Source: Dicyema japonicum (taxonomy: Eukaryota > Animalia > Dicyemida). From it: a stretch of 64,000 nt of DNA. The notes under the pieces were generated by a model. It was not told the DNA's origin and made no database searches. It saw nothing but the letters and a program-made list of their open reading frames with translations. Each line of letters begins with the position of its first letter. Positions within the stretch are counted from its first letter, which is position 1. Shown one piece after another: positions 24,540 through 37,440 of this stretch. The DNA lies in the NCBI GenBank assembly GCA_011109175.1, contig RDEW01000030.1, positions 180,094 through 244,093 of the forward strand, read 5' to 3'. The position numbers and the translations under genes are program-made.

Positions 24540-25100
24540 ATGTCTGAGGGAAGATTACGTGATTTTTTGTAAGAAATTTTCTGGTGGTGTAAATACCATG
24601 TCTTAAGGCTCTCAATGGAAAAGTCGAAAGCCATGTGAATTTCACACTTTAGAAATTTTTTTCAACAGGAGTACACATTGAGTGGTATCAGCAAGGCTAA
24701 TCATTTGCGTTTTTGGGTGTCCGTTTTGGATGTAGAGGAGATTATGTTGAAGGTGCCAAAATGAAAAAGAAAAAGGTTTACCAAGAATTCTGTGTCTACG
24801 GAAACTCGATTTGAAGGAGACGTTTATATTTTTGAAAGAATGATTCTGCCCTCCCATCTACGGATGTGAAGGGTGGTATTTTTCGGCCAAAAGAGAAAAT
24901 AATCAACCTTCTTGATAAGACTAGAAGGATGGCGATCAAGCGGGCACTTAGTAAAAAAGGTGAAGAGGCACTAGAAAAAGAAGAGGAAACGTTGACCAAC
25001 TCAGTATGGATGGTAGTAGTGGAAAGGATCAAGGGTTTTCTTCTGAGGAACAGAGTGCATGATAAGTACGTTCAACGAGACTTTGAAGCTAGAGGATAAA
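24540..25100 (+). mobile_element. Possible L1/Tx1-like RT C-terminal remnant
   Basis: FLGVRFG followed by a degenerate helical region; many stop codons. Confidence 0.35.
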
Positions 25101-26252
25101 ACTAGGAAAGAATCGAGGCCTCACGGCAGGATTTTTAATAACTTAATCCTCCATAACTATCGCTGCGACTTGGTCTTTAATAAAATGTTGTTATGCTATG
25201 TCAGAACTCTCGTGGCTTATTGAGTAATTTGTCACGTGGTTTCATTAATGGGTCAAAAACCCTATTAAAATACAAATTTTTAATACATCAGAATTTAAAA
25301 GCTAAAAGTTCTTAAAAAAGAAAATTCCTTTGAATTTCTGACAAATTTAGCTTTCACACGACAATTTTAGTTGCGAAAAAATCTATCCGTTAACAATTAG
25401 TATTTCATCCTCTTATCTTTGGTTTGGTTTCTTCAAAAATGCATTACACAAAGAATCTAGCCTCTTTCTCATTTCAATTGTACCACTTCAAATTGTTGTG
25501 AATTTGGTGGGATGTCCATTTTTAAATCTGATCGGGATTCCCCTAAATGGATTTCCTGGTTCTTTGCAGGAATGCAGAAGTGAGTTGATATGCTAAATTC
25601 TCGAGGATGAAACGGCAAATCTCAGGCATAACAAGTATATTCGATGGTTGGAGCGAAGCTCTGGTGATAAAGGTTACTGATACAAGAACATGAAAGTTTT
25701 TCTATGCAATAACCCTCAAAGCATTCAACTTTCGAAGTCCTTGGTCATCAACGTGAAGACTAAACGTCATAAGTCATACACCCTGTGACTGGACCATAAC
25801 GGGTCACGGAGAGAACTATCTCTGGTGACGACAATGAGATCGTCCGAGTCAACAGAATCGGAGACAGGGAGTCTTTGTGAGACTTCTTAGGAAGTAAAAA
25901 CAATCTTGATATCGACCTCTTCTGCATCACCCCGAAAGAAAATTCTTCAACTTTATGTTCAAATGTATATGAAGATCTTCTTTAAAACAGAGTCCAAGGG
26001 TGTATGTAGATCTAGAATTGTCTCAAGTAGATTTTCTTTATGAAACCACCTGTGATAAACTGGGAAACAAATCCCAAGTGAGTCGCGATAGATCACCTAC
26101 TCTAAAGTCATGTTGGAACGCTGTGGCTGAAATTTTTTGTAAATTCATATTTTTTTATAAAATTGATTATTTTTTGTTATTTTAATAAATCGTATATATT
26201 TTATAAAATTTTAAATAATAATTCTGCATTCTAATTATTCAAATTGTTCATA

Positions 26253-27642
26253 ATGACAGGTTTACCTATTTTACCAAAATAGATTTAATTGCTGAACTAA
26301 AAAATGATTTATCAGCTGATATTCGCGGACTCACAGAGACGAGCGCTTTAATCGACGACAAAGTCAAAAAAGCAGTAATACCTAATATTCACCTTAGACG
26401 GAATTGTTGATAAAAGGGTTGAATTCTCACATTGATTTCTTATCTGAAGTTAACAGAGAGGAGGTTTATGTTCTGACGATATAATGTAGAACAAGGAACT
26501 AACTAGAAAATTCATTGACGAAATTGAAGTTTTCCTGGTATTTTTATTAATTAGAAAGTCAAAAATGATAATTGTAAATCAAAGTTTTCCAACAATTTAA
26601 TTGCTATTCATGAATGTTCTTCTCTATTTTCTTGGCCATTTTATGTTTGTTAAGTAATAATTTAAGAAAATTAAACCGCCAAAATTTTGTTATACTACAG
26701 AAAACACAGTTTCCTTTTACCTCGATAGAATCAGATCAATGTATAAAGATGACCCCAACAACATAAATTGGTGCGATTCCATTGCCTCGATTTTGAAAAC
26801 TTTTAGTATTTTTGTGAAAAATAATTATCCGACAAGTTTTGATCTCCAAATATAGTAAAAATAATTTATATTTTAGGCCCTTTCCCCGCAAACCAGTAAT
26901 GACCTAAAATGTCAACTCCAGCAGGGACTTGAAATCACGAGTGGTTGACCTTGTTTTAATTTTAAGGACTGAAAAAAGTCACAGATGACATGAAAACTCA
27001 TAAAAATCCTCAATTAAGGGGGAACACAAATATTGCACCCAAAAATGTCGTCACTTCAAGCTCATCTAAGCCAAAGAAGACTTCTCCTCCGGTTTTTAGC
27101 CTATCTGGAAACAAATGGGAAGTGGTTTGACAATGTAATGCTCATTTCTTTAGGGATTCCAAAATCAAGTCAAAGACCTTGTTATTGAAGACGGGAAGGT
27201 CAACCAGTCCGTGAACGTGTTTAACTCCACTGGAAGTTCCCTTAAAATCATGGAAAAAGTAAACGCTATTTCTCTAAGTAATTGTTGATCACATTTGAGG
27301 CAACTTGACTAAATGTCAAGTAGAAATTGACAGTGTTATGAGTATGGTGGATGTCGGAAACTGTAAAGATCTCCATTTAAAAGTTAATGGACTTACTCCC
27401 TCAATCACCATTGATAACTCTGATAGCGTGGTTATTTACGTATCTGAAGAAAACTCCGAGTTCGCAGAATTTAATTTCGCAAAGCACAGTGCCATTGCCG
27501 TCAACGTTTTTTCGTCGGATGGGTATCTGAAAGTAACTTGATTATGTCAGTTTAGGAAATTCCTGTTTTAGAACAAAGTAAAGGAAAACTGATGAGAAAA
27601 GGTGATTCATATGAGATGGAAGTGAAATTCGTTAATTCCTAG
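26253..27642 (+). CDS. CAP: Adenylyl cyclase-associated protein (CAP/Srv2); 11 exons, introns 22-29 nt; one apparent frameshift near 26855
   Basis: Hallmark QQGLEITSGLKKVTDDMKTHKNPQLR, GNKWEV, KVNAISL, TPSITIDNSD, EIPVLEQ. Confidence 0.93.
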
Positions 27643-27829
27643 TTAATGGGGTTATCTAATAAATGGACTACTGGAATTGTTACTAATAAGAATCTGAGTT
27701 ATTTTCATTTTCCTGTCAGTTAGTGAAAGGGGGTAACTAAGGCGATTACGTGAACTCTGAGTTGTTTGAAAAAGACCCACAAACAAGGAAATTATTCGCT
27801 CATCTTCAACACGCACAGCACGTTTTTCG

Positions 27830-28035
27830 AAAGCCGTTATAGCTTTGCACGGGCATGAGACACTTTATTAGAGTAAGTTATAACAAGTAATTTTATAAAA
27901 AGATCCAAGGAGTGATCTTTACTTCCTTTTTCTTTTTGTTGTATGTGAGTCCTTTGTAGAAGATCCGGTTCAAACGCAAATCAAAGTAGATGTGTTGAAT
28001 CTACACCAGTAGCGAGATTCGAACTCGGAATTATC
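27830..28035 (-). mobile_element. SINE family B-related copy with tRNA-like head
   Basis: B box GAGTTCGAATCTCGCT and tail tgtctcatgcccgtgcaaagctataac similar to family B. Confidence 0.6.
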
Positions 28036-28039
28036 AGGA

Positions 28040-28940
28040 TTTTTGAACTCAAAAAACTTGTTATTATGTGGAGATCCTTCACAAGAGTTAACTAGGCGAT
28101 ATAAGAAAAAAGTCCTACTTACTAATAAATATAAAAACACGTACAAAGCCATAGACACCACTACTCTCAATCTAGTACTAGCCTCCCTCGACGTTACCTC
28201 CCTTGTTATGGTTTACGAATTCAAAATTGACTACAACCAATTCCATATCTTGATGAAGGGGAAAGCCCTCACCGAGAAGAAACTTCCAAGAACCATGAAC
28301 TATGTGGACTACAACCAATTTGATTTCAACACAGAAGCCTCCAGTTCTACTGATATGCCCTGCTCTACTTCAACAGGACTGTACAAACTCTATCAGAAGG
28401 AATCCACCGTCTCGTCGCACAAGACGTTTGAGGATTAATTAAGGTAAGCATACAATCAAAAGCCTCCATATAGAAACCCAAGAAATCAAGGACAGGATCA
28501 GATCTCCGGAAAAGGTGACCTCTATGGAAATCAATGAAAAAGAAGGAAACTTGAAAACGACTGACAAAGCCCTGAACATGCAAGATGCCCTCTTGAAGAA
28601 ACAAAAACGTCGTACTGAAAAACAGGGGCATGTACGGTATCCCGGCCTTAACACTAATATACAGGATGTCAAGTAATTGGAACTTCATTCTGATCATTTG
28701 GAAATTTTCCGATATAATACTGATCTTAAAGCCTGGGAGACCAAAGGCCGATATCTCTCCTTTGCATTTTCACAAAAGTTCTAGAAAAGTATATCCTGGA
28801 ACTGATTCGAACATTCTTCTGTGTGGCTCCATTCCAACATGGATTTTAGAAGAATCTTTCAACGATAACCGACGACTCAACCCTAACCAGATTCATTTCA
28901 GAGACACCAAAGACTTTAATATGGTCTATTAACGGCTTTT
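28040..28940 (+). repeat. Duplicate of 4190-5300 lacking about 240 bp
   Basis: Direct high similarity; ORF 28043-28438 versus 4356-4586. Confidence 0.9.
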
Positions 28941-29008
28941 GATTAAATATAAGTAAAAAATTGTTGAAAATTCATAATAAACAAGCACACACAAATAAAA
29001 CAGAAATA

Positions 29009-30313
29009 TCAAATATTTTCTCTCACAATTGCGGCAGAATGATCAAACCCGAATACAACTTCCAATACCTCTGAGGCTATTGGAAGACGAAAGGGAAAGT
29101 ACTGATTATTCGTATGGCCCAATCCCAATGAGCCTGTTCTATTCCTCCCCCAAATATAAGCATTCCCAAAAGTATTTACAGCTGCAAAGGAAGAACTTCC
29201 TCCAAATACAGCAGCCACTTTGGCTTCCAATCCCCCAAACAAAGTCAACGGCAGTTCGGTGGGCTCATCAACAGAAGAAACCATCCCTCCCAGTCCAAGA
29301 ATCCCATATCCCCAAACAAACACTCTCCCACTATCAGTGAGGACAAGAGAAGCAGTACATGTACAAGCAATATCCACAATACGTCCAATTTTCAATGGAA
29401 GATGTTTAGAAACATTTATTTGAGGTTGGGAATTTGATATGGCGGTCTTCAACTGATCATACTCTGAGTTCCCCCACCCAAATACATCACCCTCTGAAGA
29501 CAGTGCAAACGAAGTATCACCAGAAGAAACAATTTTCACTATATCAACTCCCTGAGTATCCCCCACAACTTCTGTGAATTCCTCAGTAACATTATAGTGA
29601 CCCTGACCAGTCTGTCCGTCTGCCCCCCAGCCACAACTCATCACTCTTCCCTTACTAGTTAACACCAAAGTGTGGTCACAGCCACACGTCAACCCTCGCA
29701 CCCCTTCGTCAATCTCAACCACGTGTACTAAGTTGCTATTTGAATATATTTCATCCCTAATCACTCCACGACCACACTGTCCATAGCAGTTATTCCCAAA
29801 GGACATAAGTTTGTCGGACGTCGCAACAACAGTGTGAGCTCGCCCCGCGGCCACTGCTGTAAAGAATTTGGCCGAAAGTTTGATCTCTGTTGGCTCAATA
29901 AGAATGCCAGTATCAGTATTGCTTGTTCGAGGACCCACCTGAGATCTCGAATTAGCCCCAAATCCAATAATTTTATGACTTCCACCGACTGTGGCAACGA
30001 CAACAGTAAATCCGTATCCAAGGCCACATAATGAGGGATCATCTTCATCTCAAAGATGTGTTTTAGTGGGGCTGGGATCTTTTTCTGAAAAATTTTATTT
30101 TTTCCTAGTAAATTCAAAAATTTTCCTACCTGGAGGGGGTATTAGATAGTTTGGCTGTCCCAGTGCCGCAGTATGATTACTCCCCCATATGTATACTCCG
30201 CGGCGTCTCTTACGGTTCTTTCCCACTGCGTTGGTGACGTCAGGAATGGCCGAGAAATTGCATTTTTTGACACAAAATGAAGGGATTCGGACAAACCCAA
30301 GTAAATTAAGCAT
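29009..30313 (-). CDS. RCC1L: RCC1-like mitochondrial protein (WBSCR16); one 25-nt intron; one apparent 1-nt deletion near 30020
   Basis: GRAHT, GNNCYGQCGR, SCGWGADGQTG, WGNSEYDQL, VFVWGYGILG, QYFPF, GFDH; N-terminus resembles a mitochondrial presequence. Confidence 0.93.
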
Positions 30314-30380
30314 GGAAAATATTTAAAATAAAAATATAAAAAATAAATAAATTTAAAAATAATAACCAATAGAGACTGAA
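30314..30380. promoter_or_regulatory. Putative 67-bp bidirectional promoter between RCC1L and STPG1
   Basis: Divergent ATGs at 30313 and 30381; spacer almost entirely A/T. Confidence 0.55.
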
Positions 30381-31554
30381 ATGACTGAATATATTGAATC
30401 CCTTTATGATAAAGTCCCCAAAGGTTAATAAATATTAGAATTGAAGGATTCAAAGTCGTCTCTGTACGATCATCAATTCCAACAAAATATCAGACATATG
30501 TGATTGATAACTCTGATAAACGTGGCTTCGGGTCCACCGCACGACGCTTCAATCATGAGACCTATCTTGTGTGAATGACTATTTACTTTCAGAATCAGGG
30601 TCCTGGGCCTAATAAATACCATCCGGAGGAAGAGACTGCCAAACCACTCTCCAAATTAGGAATGAGCAGTTTCAACTCAAAAGTCTAACACTAGTATGAC
30701 TTTTAGAGATTTAATCGACGCGGAAATATGGCCAATCAGATGGATATCATCGGTCCTGGGCCAGCAAACTTACTTTTGGACAGATCTCTTAACAGACGGA
30801 AGGATTTTCACGATTCCATCGCCTCTTCTGGGTTTTATTTGCCCATCGTTACTAAAAAACGGAAAAACGGTCCATCCTTGGCTCCAAACGCATACAACGT
30901 CAATTTTAATGTTATTTTCTAGACAACAACTTCTTTGGGGAACATCAAAGCGACCAACAATGCGGGAGCGGTTAGTGTCTTTAGATCAACCACAAAACGG
31001 GAGACTAAAGTGATCGAGCAATCTCCAGCTCCAAGTGAGTTCTGCTTAGTTTAGGATTGAGACAACTACGATGTCAGGTCAGATTTGACCAACACTAAGA
31101 ATCCAACTAGATCCTGCTTTCTCTCAAAATCGAACAGGATTTGTTTAGAAGCCTCAAATGAGAACGTTTTTGTTTATTGGGATTATTTCAGTACCCCGGA
31201 CCCTGTGAATACAATCAAACTACCAATTTTAAGGTGAAAAATGTGACTCAGCGAAGGTAAGAGAACGACATAATCCCCAGACCTACAGATCATTTAAAAA
31301 TTGCTCTCTGTGGATCAAAGAAGGTTCTAGAGCATCCTTTTCCGGGTCCCTTCGAATATCAGAAAACTCTCAACCTGGAAAAACCACTACCAGTCTACAG
31401 TTCGGCATTTAAGTCAAAAACAAGTCGTACAATGCCAATCAAAGGCGGAGATGGAATCCCGCCAAGTATTTTGTATATATTTGTAGATTATTATCGCCCC
31501 AACAAAGTGACAAAAAAGTCATTCTTTTTTAATATTGACAAAATATGGGTATGA
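30381..31554 (+). CDS. STPG1: Sperm-tail PG-rich repeat protein 1; 9 exons, introns 21-27 nt; intact
   Basis: SSIPTKYQTYVIDNSDKRGFGSTARRF, repeated PGP..Y motifs, C-terminus YRPNKVTKKSFFFNIDKIWV. Confidence 0.85.
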
Positions 31555-31680
31555 TTTATTTACAGAATAAACTAACGAATTTAATATTTAAAATAATTTA
31601 ATTTAATGTATTATATCACATGTTTCTGAAACTAACGAATTTAATATTTAAAAATAATTTAATTTAATGTATTATATCAA

Positions 31681-32993
31681 AAGGACCAGTAGAAAATCTC
31701 CGCCCGATAATACTTCTGAATTCGATACGCAAGGTGCTGGCAAACATTGCACTAAGCCGGATAAAGGGTGTGGCGATCTATACCTACCAGCAAGTCAAAG
31801 TGGGTTCCGAGAAGGGAGGTCTACGGCAGACATTGTATGGAGCCACAGATGGCGCTGCGCAACGCACCAAAGATTCAAGAGCGCAACGACCGTGTTGGGA
31901 ATAGATCTCTCCAGAGCTTTTGATTCAATAAACAGACAGAAACTGATGAATGTGCTTGAGCAAATATTGGATGAATCGTCGGTTAGGATAATCAGACTAC
32001 TACTTGCGAACACAAGACTATCTGTGAGGACAGAAGGAGCAACTTCCCGCAGTTTCAAAACAACGATTGGGACACCCCAGGGTGATTCCCTCTCCCCTTT
32101 ACTATTCACCATATACCTTGAATCTGCACTCTGCGACCTCCGTAAATGCTATATAGGAGACATAGAAGAGACATCTTATGCGGATGATGTGGATTTTGTA
32201 TCACGGGACGTGACCGCACTCCAACACCTGCTAGAAAATGCACATGCGGAGCTTGAGAAATGGTTTCTCAGCGTAAATGTTAACAAAACTGAAATTACGG
32301 AAATCAAAAGAGAAGACGATATTACTCATGAAAGATGGAGACGTACTAATAAGCTCGGCTCTCTACTAGGAGACGCTGAAGATGTACTAAGGAGGAAAAC
32401 ACTGGCAAATGCGGCAATGGCTAAACTGAAGAAAGGATGGCTAAGGGCCAAAGGACTTGGAATTGACATCAGATGCAGGCTTTACAACGCGTTTGTGAAA
32501 CCGATCCTACTGTATAACGCTGGGACATGGGGAAGTTCCTTCAACGAACTATTGAAACTGGATTCGTTCCATAGAAGGCAACTAAGAAGCTTACTCGGAA
32601 TGGAGTGGCCACGTAGAATATCAACCACTGGTATCTACAACAAGTGTATGTGTTCTTACATCAGCAAGGATGTGATAGATGCCCGGTGGAGGCTATTTGG
32701 GCATGTACTAAGAATGAACCCGGACGCACCCGCTAACAAAGCGATGGAAGATTACTTTGACAGTTGCGAAAAACCCTTCCGCGGACGACCTAGATCGACA
32801 CTTCCGACATCCCTAAACAAAGACTTAAATCGTGTGAGAAAAAATCTAAAGACGGGAGACAACCTGGACGAATTGAGATCACTCGCATTCGACAGAGGAA
32901 GATGGAAAAGACTAACTATAAATATTGTTTCTTTGAGTGTTGCACATGCAGGGCTATAATCATTATGGCTTTCGTGAAAGTGCCTTAATAATA
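31681..32993 (+). mobile_element. Young 5'-truncated RTE LINE with 10-bp TSD ATTATATCAA
   Basis: 430-aa ORF: QSGFREGRST, IDLSRAFDS, GTPQGDSLSP, YADD, RGRPR; TSD at 31671-31680 and 32994-33003. Confidence 0.95.
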
Positions 32994-33003
32994 ATTATAT
33001 CAA

Positions 33004-34215
33004 ATTCCCTCCCCGATCGGATTCCTCTGCAAGACCGAGAGAAGGCTCTTCCGGAAAGTAGTGGGGACGATGGAAGATCACAGACGTCGAATAGCACAAT
33101 TGATTGCGAGGACTGGGATCACCTAACTGTTTGACTCTTTTGTCTTTCTTTCTCGGTGTTCCGGGGGTTATTAAAATAAAATAAATAAATAAAATGTTTC
33201 TGAAGGCGTTCTTGGGAAACCTAAGAGACAAAAAATATCTGAGTGGTCTGGATGTCATGTACAAACAATTCATCGAGGCTACAATAGGATACACATGTGA
33301 TATCTTGGGATCTAACTTTTCTGCAACGAATTTGGACAAGATATGCAACATTCAAGTGAAGCCAGCAAACCTACTAAGGAATATTCCCGTGTGGAAATCT
33401 GCTAAAAACCCCGAAAATATGATAGAGGCGACTGGAGTAGTGCCCCTGCGATGGACTCGAGTATGTAGACCCCGTTCATATTGGAAATGCGCAGGAACGC
33501 AGTCGGAACACCGAGAAAAGATGCGGAAATCGTTGAAGGAGGCTGGGATCACCTGAATTTTGTTTATTCTGGATATGACGGTGGTTTTTTGGTTCAATAA
33601 TAATAATGTTGGAATTAAATTTAATCTGAAAGTTTTTTGGAACAGAAAAATTGTTAGTTGGTCGGACGGTTCTGATAATGAAGTATCTCAATTGCACGAA
33701 ATAACCTCATCTCGTTAAAACGCTTATTGGCGACTATTACTACATACAGATAAGACCTGAGGAGACAACAAGATCCTTATAAGAGACGTTAATCCTGGTG
33801 AGTCGTCGGCTCTTGAAGAACTCTTCCTTAAAGTTTCTCCAGAGAAATTGCATGTAACATCGTTCAGTAATTAATTGTGTGGTTCCCAGATTTCCATCAA
33901 GAAGACCTGCTCCATTTTGGAAGTCACCTTTAAGCTTCTGTTATCATTCACACATCAAGTTGACCTGGTTGCCTCAAGGATCCAAAGGAAGTGGAAATTC
34001 TTAAGTCTTTTTTCGCATTTTCCGATATCTACTCACACATCACTGATATGGAAAACGCTAATCGTCGCGCCAATCACGGATTAGTTCACAGATGCACGCG
34101 AGACTTGCTCAATTGGCCAAGTCTCCTGAACATCCGGTTAAGACGGAAGTCAGATTATATCTAAAACCTCACCCAGATACTGGAAGAAACCTTCCTTTCC
34201 GGGGTTAATAAATTA
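33004..34215 (+). mobile_element. Stack of APE-type LINE 3' fragments
   Basis: Tail ttctcggtgttccgggggttatta at ~33160-33185, MYKQFIEATIGY ORF at 33194-33556, and a second tail ttccggggttaataaa at ~34195-34212. Confidence 0.6.
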
Positions 34216-36319
34216 AATTCCCGACAAAACAATAAACATGTCATCAAAAATTATTAAATTTCAATTAATTTTAAGGTCTCCATTATGGCACACAGGTATT
34301 GAGCACGCAACGCGAGTTATCCCTCTGTTTGCGAATCCAATGTTCTGGAAGAGCCATCGAGTAATTCTAGGCTCCCCGTTCTCAAACAATAAATTACACA
34401 AACATTTAAAAAATCTTAATTTGGCTATAAATGTCTACTGAATGTAGGTTGTTCTCTTTATAGTGGACTAGGATTGTTACCACTTTTTTTGGGCATCCTT
34501 GTGTCACCTCTACGGTTAATTTACAGATGTTCCTAAATTAATTAGGTAGTTATCCTGGTTAATGGATAATTTGTCTGAACGTTAACTTGTCGATGTAGCT
34601 TTGGTGGGCCATGAAATCAGGAGGCATTGCTTTCGGATATACAGAAACGGTAAATTCACCAATGTCTGGTTTAATTTATTAATCCAGAATATTAAAGGAA
34701 GTTAACATCTAATTAAATGTATTCGCTCTTACAGTCGCAGAGACAGAGATCTTTCCAATATCACATACAACTCTATCCAGAACAAACGGAAAGGGAAGTA
34801 AACTTCCACTCCTTGAGTTTTAGGAAGCCCTCCAGTGAAATAGAGAAGAATAATTGATTTTTTTAGTTAAATCCTACCAACAGGAAGGGTTTTTCAATAT
34901 AGCAAAAAGTAATCGTTATACCGTACGTAACGACTGAGAGACTTTTCCCAACTCCAACACCTGATGGGTTTTTGACTTTTGTTAATTATAGAATATTGAT
35001 TCAATAAATTATTTTATCATATTACAACAAAATCAAATATTATGGCCCAGAAGAAGAAAATGAAATTATTTTTATTTCAAATTTATTGCACCCACCAAAG
35101 CTACAGGATTTGAAACAGCGTTCGAAAATAATTTTGAATTTCATATCATAGAAGAATTCGCAATAGTTCTGATAGTAAAATGGGCTACAGTCTCTTATGA
35201 CATTATATAGTGTCCCTAGAGATTTTAATTCGATATTTACCGTTCAAATAAAATAAGTCTTCTGAGTGATGCAATGCTTATACACGTGAGAGTCTTTGCA
35301 ACCAGAAATTCCCATGGTTTTTGCATAAGGAGGTTTGGCATGTTTGAAGATTCAACCTTCTAAAAGACAGTTTTGGTCAGAGAATGAATCACATCTGTAG
35401 CATTTGATTCGGATACAACTACTAACTCAAAATGACCGCTACTTTGATTTAAAATAACAATCAAAATCATGTTTTATTAGATTAAATGACATAAAACATG
35501 TTATCTAGTGCATAAGTGCTAATCGATGAATTGATATTAGCCGTAGTCTATCACATCTGCCATTCTTGGTTAGTTTTTATAGAAAAGTAGATTTATCAAA
35601 AACCACTAATTGGGACGACTCAATGTTACGTCATGATATTTCCTAAAAATTACAAATCCAATGGTCAATCTCGATTTTTTAAGACTGATTTATTTTATTA
35701 ACCCCGAAATCACGAGAAAGAGGATAAAAGTTATCGTCTAATTAAGTGATACCGGTGTCCATACCAGTCCTTTTCCTGCGGTTAGTTTTGGAGAAGGATT
35801 AATCTCTATAGCGTGGGAAGGTTTTTTCTCATATCTCGGGCAGGCGTCCATATATAAGTTTGATGTGCGGTCCGAGGGATGGTCAGGGACTTTGCCATCT
35901 TGAGGAACTCCCGGTGACGTTCTTTAAGATATTCCATGATTGGGGGAACGTTCAGTGTTTTTCGTAGTAACGAGGTGGATGTCTTTTTCTACGATCTCCT
36001 TTTCTAACACTCGTGATAAGGCGCAGATGATGGATACCGTAGGATGACGGGCAGTTTGGTGGTTTTGTTGTTTTTCAGAATAGGGTGTATCAGAGATTTC
36101 TTCCATATTGACGGAATCTTGTTCTCGTCTATTGAGAGGTTGAAATTTTGTGTTATTGGGGCCGTCGCGGAAGGACCGCAGAAGAATGGAGTGAAGTTAT
36201 TCATTTTCCTGATTACTGAGTGCATCATTGACAGGTCAAAGAAAGTCATGTTGGGACATTTATTCCTTCGACCATGACTTGAATGAACATCCAGGTCTTT
36301 TGAATATGGTTTATGACTA

Positions 36320-37184
36320 CACTCTATCCCATAAATGTTGACCCAATTCCCATAAATGATGACCCAATTCCAATAAATGATGACCCAATTGCAATAAATG
36401 ATGACCCAATTCCCATAAATGTTGACCCAATTGCCATAAATGATGACCCAATTCCCATAAATGATGTCCAAGTTATACTAATTAAATAATTTAGGAAAAA
36501 AGTATTTTATTCAATTAATCTGTTATTAATTCCATGTACCCTTTCCCAAATTTTCTGTACTCAATCTAACTTCGGACCTTTTCTTGAGTCTTTTTCTTGT
36601 GATGCAGGCCTCCTTTAAATTCCTTGAAATTTGAGACTTAGAAAGATTCACTGAAAGTTTTTCTTGAAGACCAACTTGTGTCAGCGAGTTGTCATTTCCA
36701 AAAATAGATCTCATTTCGACATTCAACATTTCCTTATTTTTCTTTTTCGGCCTACTGTCTTGTAAAGATCACCGAAAGTAGGATCCTCGAGTTCACAGCT
36801 TTCGATTTTTTGAATACACCTGTTCAAACTCTTTTTGCTGATCGAGGTGATCTCAATCAACTCTTCTTTTGTTTTAACTTTATAAAGTCTTTTAATTTGA
36901 TTAAATAGACTTTCGTTCATAAAAACCTTGCGACTTCTCATATCTGTATTAGTTGATACCATAATAGGGGAAATTAAAATATAGATTTACTCGTGTATTA
37001 TATATATAACTTGGACATCATTTACGGGAATTGGGTCAACATTTATGGCAATTGGGTCAACATTTATGGCAATTGGGTCATCATTTATGGCAATTGGGTC
37101 AACATTTATTGGAATTGGGTCATCATTTATTGGAATTGGGTCATCATTTATGGGAATTTGGGTCATCATTTATGGGATTGAGTG
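36320..37184 (-). mobile_element. Internally deleted IS630/Tc1-like DNA transposon with ~165-bp TIRs built from 21-bp repeats; TA TSD
   Basis: TA|CACTCTATCCCATAAATG...CATTTATGGGATTGAGTG|TA; about 7 copies of cccataaatgatgacccaatt per arm; transposase N-terminus DNSLTQVGLQEKL...SQISRNLK...TRKRLK. Confidence 0.9.
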
Positions 37185-37261
37185 TAATATTCACGTAGTA
37201 CTTCATAATGTCATTGGGATTTGAAGATAATTTGTTCCCCTTGCTATGGAAACTTCCGGAT

Positions 37262-37440
37262 CCTACTCCCCCTCTACACTCGAGTTTTTCGGACGTCTTG
37301 GAAACCGGATCACCTCATGCACTGGAGATCTCCGTGAACGCCGCTGGCTATTTGAGCGAATTTCGCTCGCAATTTTGAGAGGGAACAGCCACGCAGTGAG
37401 GGCGGCAACTACCTGACTTCTATTGTTTAATAAAAGTTTT
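37262..37440 (+). mobile_element. CRE 3' end inserted in the 2A LINE
   Basis: RITSCTGDLRERRWLFERISLAILRGNSHAV followed by an A-rich tail. Confidence 0.8.

Noticed and set aside
26538-26554. Apparent 17-nt intron in CAP (gtatttttattaattag)
   Set aside because: An in-phase donor 9 nt upstream (26529) gives a 26-nt intron and aligns better to CAP homologs (IDEIE|KVKNDN)
36330-37175. 21-bp repeat arrays as a CRISPR array or repeat protein (IYGNWVN)n
   Set aside because: No spacers; the arrays are inverted arms of a DNA transposon bounded by TA
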